Source: Octopus sinensis (Eukaryota). From it: DNA of 7,581 nt. Where the stretch lies: the NCBI RefSeq assembly GCF_006345805.1, contig NW_021828827.1, positions 1 to 7,581 on the forward strand, in the 5' to 3' direction. Below, in pieces: positions 6,447-7,581 of this stretch (position 1 is its first letter; each line of letters begins with the position of its first letter). Under the pieces are notes generated by a model. The model was not told the DNA's origin, searched no databases, and was given only the letters and a program-made list of their open reading frames with translations. The position numbers and the translations under genes are program-made.

Positions 6447-6474
6447 CCATATATATACATATATATATATATGT
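5920..6474. repeat. Large compound (ACAT)n/(AT)n low-complexity array, about 550 bp
   Basis: Contains a pure (AT)26 at 5963-6014, several (ACAT)n runs and interrupted AT. Source of ORFs 5790..6098, 5887..6129, 5902..6378 and 5919..6134. Confidence 0.97.
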
Positions 6475-6728
6475 AATTAACAAATTAATAAAAGATTATT
6501 TCCACTAAAAATGAAATAATTTACAATAGAATGAGTTAAAATAGGAAAGCCGCTTGTTGCTTGCAACCAGTGCATTAATCTGCATTGGGACTTGTCAAGA
6601 TTTGAATACATGAAAGAGCTGGATAAATAACGATTATTATTTATGTTACGCGTATACTGTCCTTGAAAATAATTTGTAAGCTATATTTCGATTACTTTCT
6701 GGTGCTGTGGATCATTGCGTTGTCATTC

Positions 6729-6825
6729 ACCAAAAGTACATTCTAAAAGTATAATTAATTTTACCAAAAGTATATTGTAAAATTATATTATAAAAGTATA
6801 AGTTAATTTACCAAAATTTTATTGT
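6729..6825. repeat. Degenerate AT-rich minisatellite built on AAAA(G/T)TA(T/C)A units
   Basis: accaaaagtacattct (6729), accaaaagtatattgt (6763) and accaaaattttattgt (6810), separated by aaaagtataattaatttt (6745) and aaaagtataagttaattt (6792). Confidence 0.8.
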
Positions 6826-6872
6826 GAAAGAATAAATAAATTTGCTACCCCTGTTCTATGTTTACTTTGTAG

Positions 6873-6919
6873 GATTTCTTGCTGTTCTCGCGGCCGCATT
6901 TGTTGATTATGTTTTGTGA
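6873..6919 (+). CDS. Candidate short terminal coding exon of an unidentified host gene (hydrophobic peptide xFLAVLAAAFVDYVL*)
   Basis: A pyrimidine-rich tract ctacccctgttctatgtttactttgtAG (AG at 6871-6872) is followed by a locally GC/CpG-rich patch (GCGGCCGC at 6890-6897). The phase-1 frame ends at TGA 6917-6919. Downstream DNA is microsatellite-free, with ATTAAA (6991) and AATAAA (7231). No homolog recognised; could be chance. Confidence 0.25.
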
Positions 6920-7581
6920 CACTTTAGTTATGGAATTTCCGATAGGTTCAATGCAATTTCTTTAATGAATAGGCCAAGTTTATGCAGTATATTAAAATTT
7001 GTGTCTTGCAATTCATGTTAACATAACTATGAAAGATAGTCGTTTATAACTAGGTTCCATGTACTTGAATTTTCTATATAATTCCCCACACCAAATATTT
7101 CGACAAAATTTTACGCAAATTCGGATTTATTTTCTGATGTTTGCGTTCTGAGAGACTATATTTTATGTCTGTTTGTCCTCAATTAGTAAACTTGTCTCAT
7201 GCAGTACAAATGTTGAAACAACAGAGGATTAATAAAGACAATAGTTACGAAATACGAAATTAATATTTTACACTGATATGAGATTGGTAACGATGATGAT
7301 AACTAAATTCGACATAGTGGAGTGTTGCAGTTTGTTGTAGAGAGAGGAAGAATTACTGATTCAAATATGTAGAGAAACGAATATTTGGTAAACTGCGGTA
7401 TTTCATTTATTGGATGTATAATAGTAAGTTGTTTCTGCAGGATAGATGAAGACATTCCTTTACGTGATTATCGTAATTTGACGTGTATTTTAATGAAATA
7501 GAGATAAGGTCGTGTAAATGTTTTCAGGAATAACGTGAAAGATAAATATTTTTATATTTTATATAATCAATCATATTATTA

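Noticed and set aside
6681-6746. Hydrophobic frame LYFDYFLVLWIIALSFTKSTF*
   Set aside because: No ATG and no good acceptor upstream. T-rich DNA naturally yields hydrophobic codons.
1-7581. CRISPR array, prokaryotic operon or defence system
   Set aside because: No regularly spaced repeat-spacer structure and no dense coding. The content (SINEs, RTE LINEs, microsatellites) is that of an animal nuclear genome.

Overview
AT-rich eukaryotic non-coding DNA (intron or intergenic) made almost entirely of transposon remnants and microsatellites. The SINE sequences and microsatellite density look like an octopus/coleoid cephalopod genome; this is recognition from memory, not a database search. No intact gene is supported. 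Best-supported contents: (i) three 3'-end fragments of RTE-clade LINEs with different C-termini (about 32-423 -, about 3381-3583 +, 4370-4834 -), the last with a (GAA)n tail and a 15-bp TSD; (ii) two copies of one tRNA-derived SINE family in inverted orientation about 4 kb apart (841-1260 -, 5284-5649 +; 149/170 identical over the head by manual count); (iii) a second tRNA-headed SINE (4878-5166 -) and a probable degraded third (about 619-742 -); (iv) a 165-bp hAT-type MITE (3800-3964) with imperfect TIRs and a degenerate 8-bp TSD; (v) many simple-repeat arrays, including a 550-bp AT/ACAT block. Nearly all ORFs in the track are microsatellite or antisense artefacts; only 179..403 and 4380..4673 are real RTE reverse-transcriptase C-terminal remnants. 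Points worth a second look are the layered insertion history at 3740-5200, the inverted SINE pair as a possible dsRNA/ADAR substrate, and a weak candidate terminal exon at 6873-6919. I found no convincing novel biological system.
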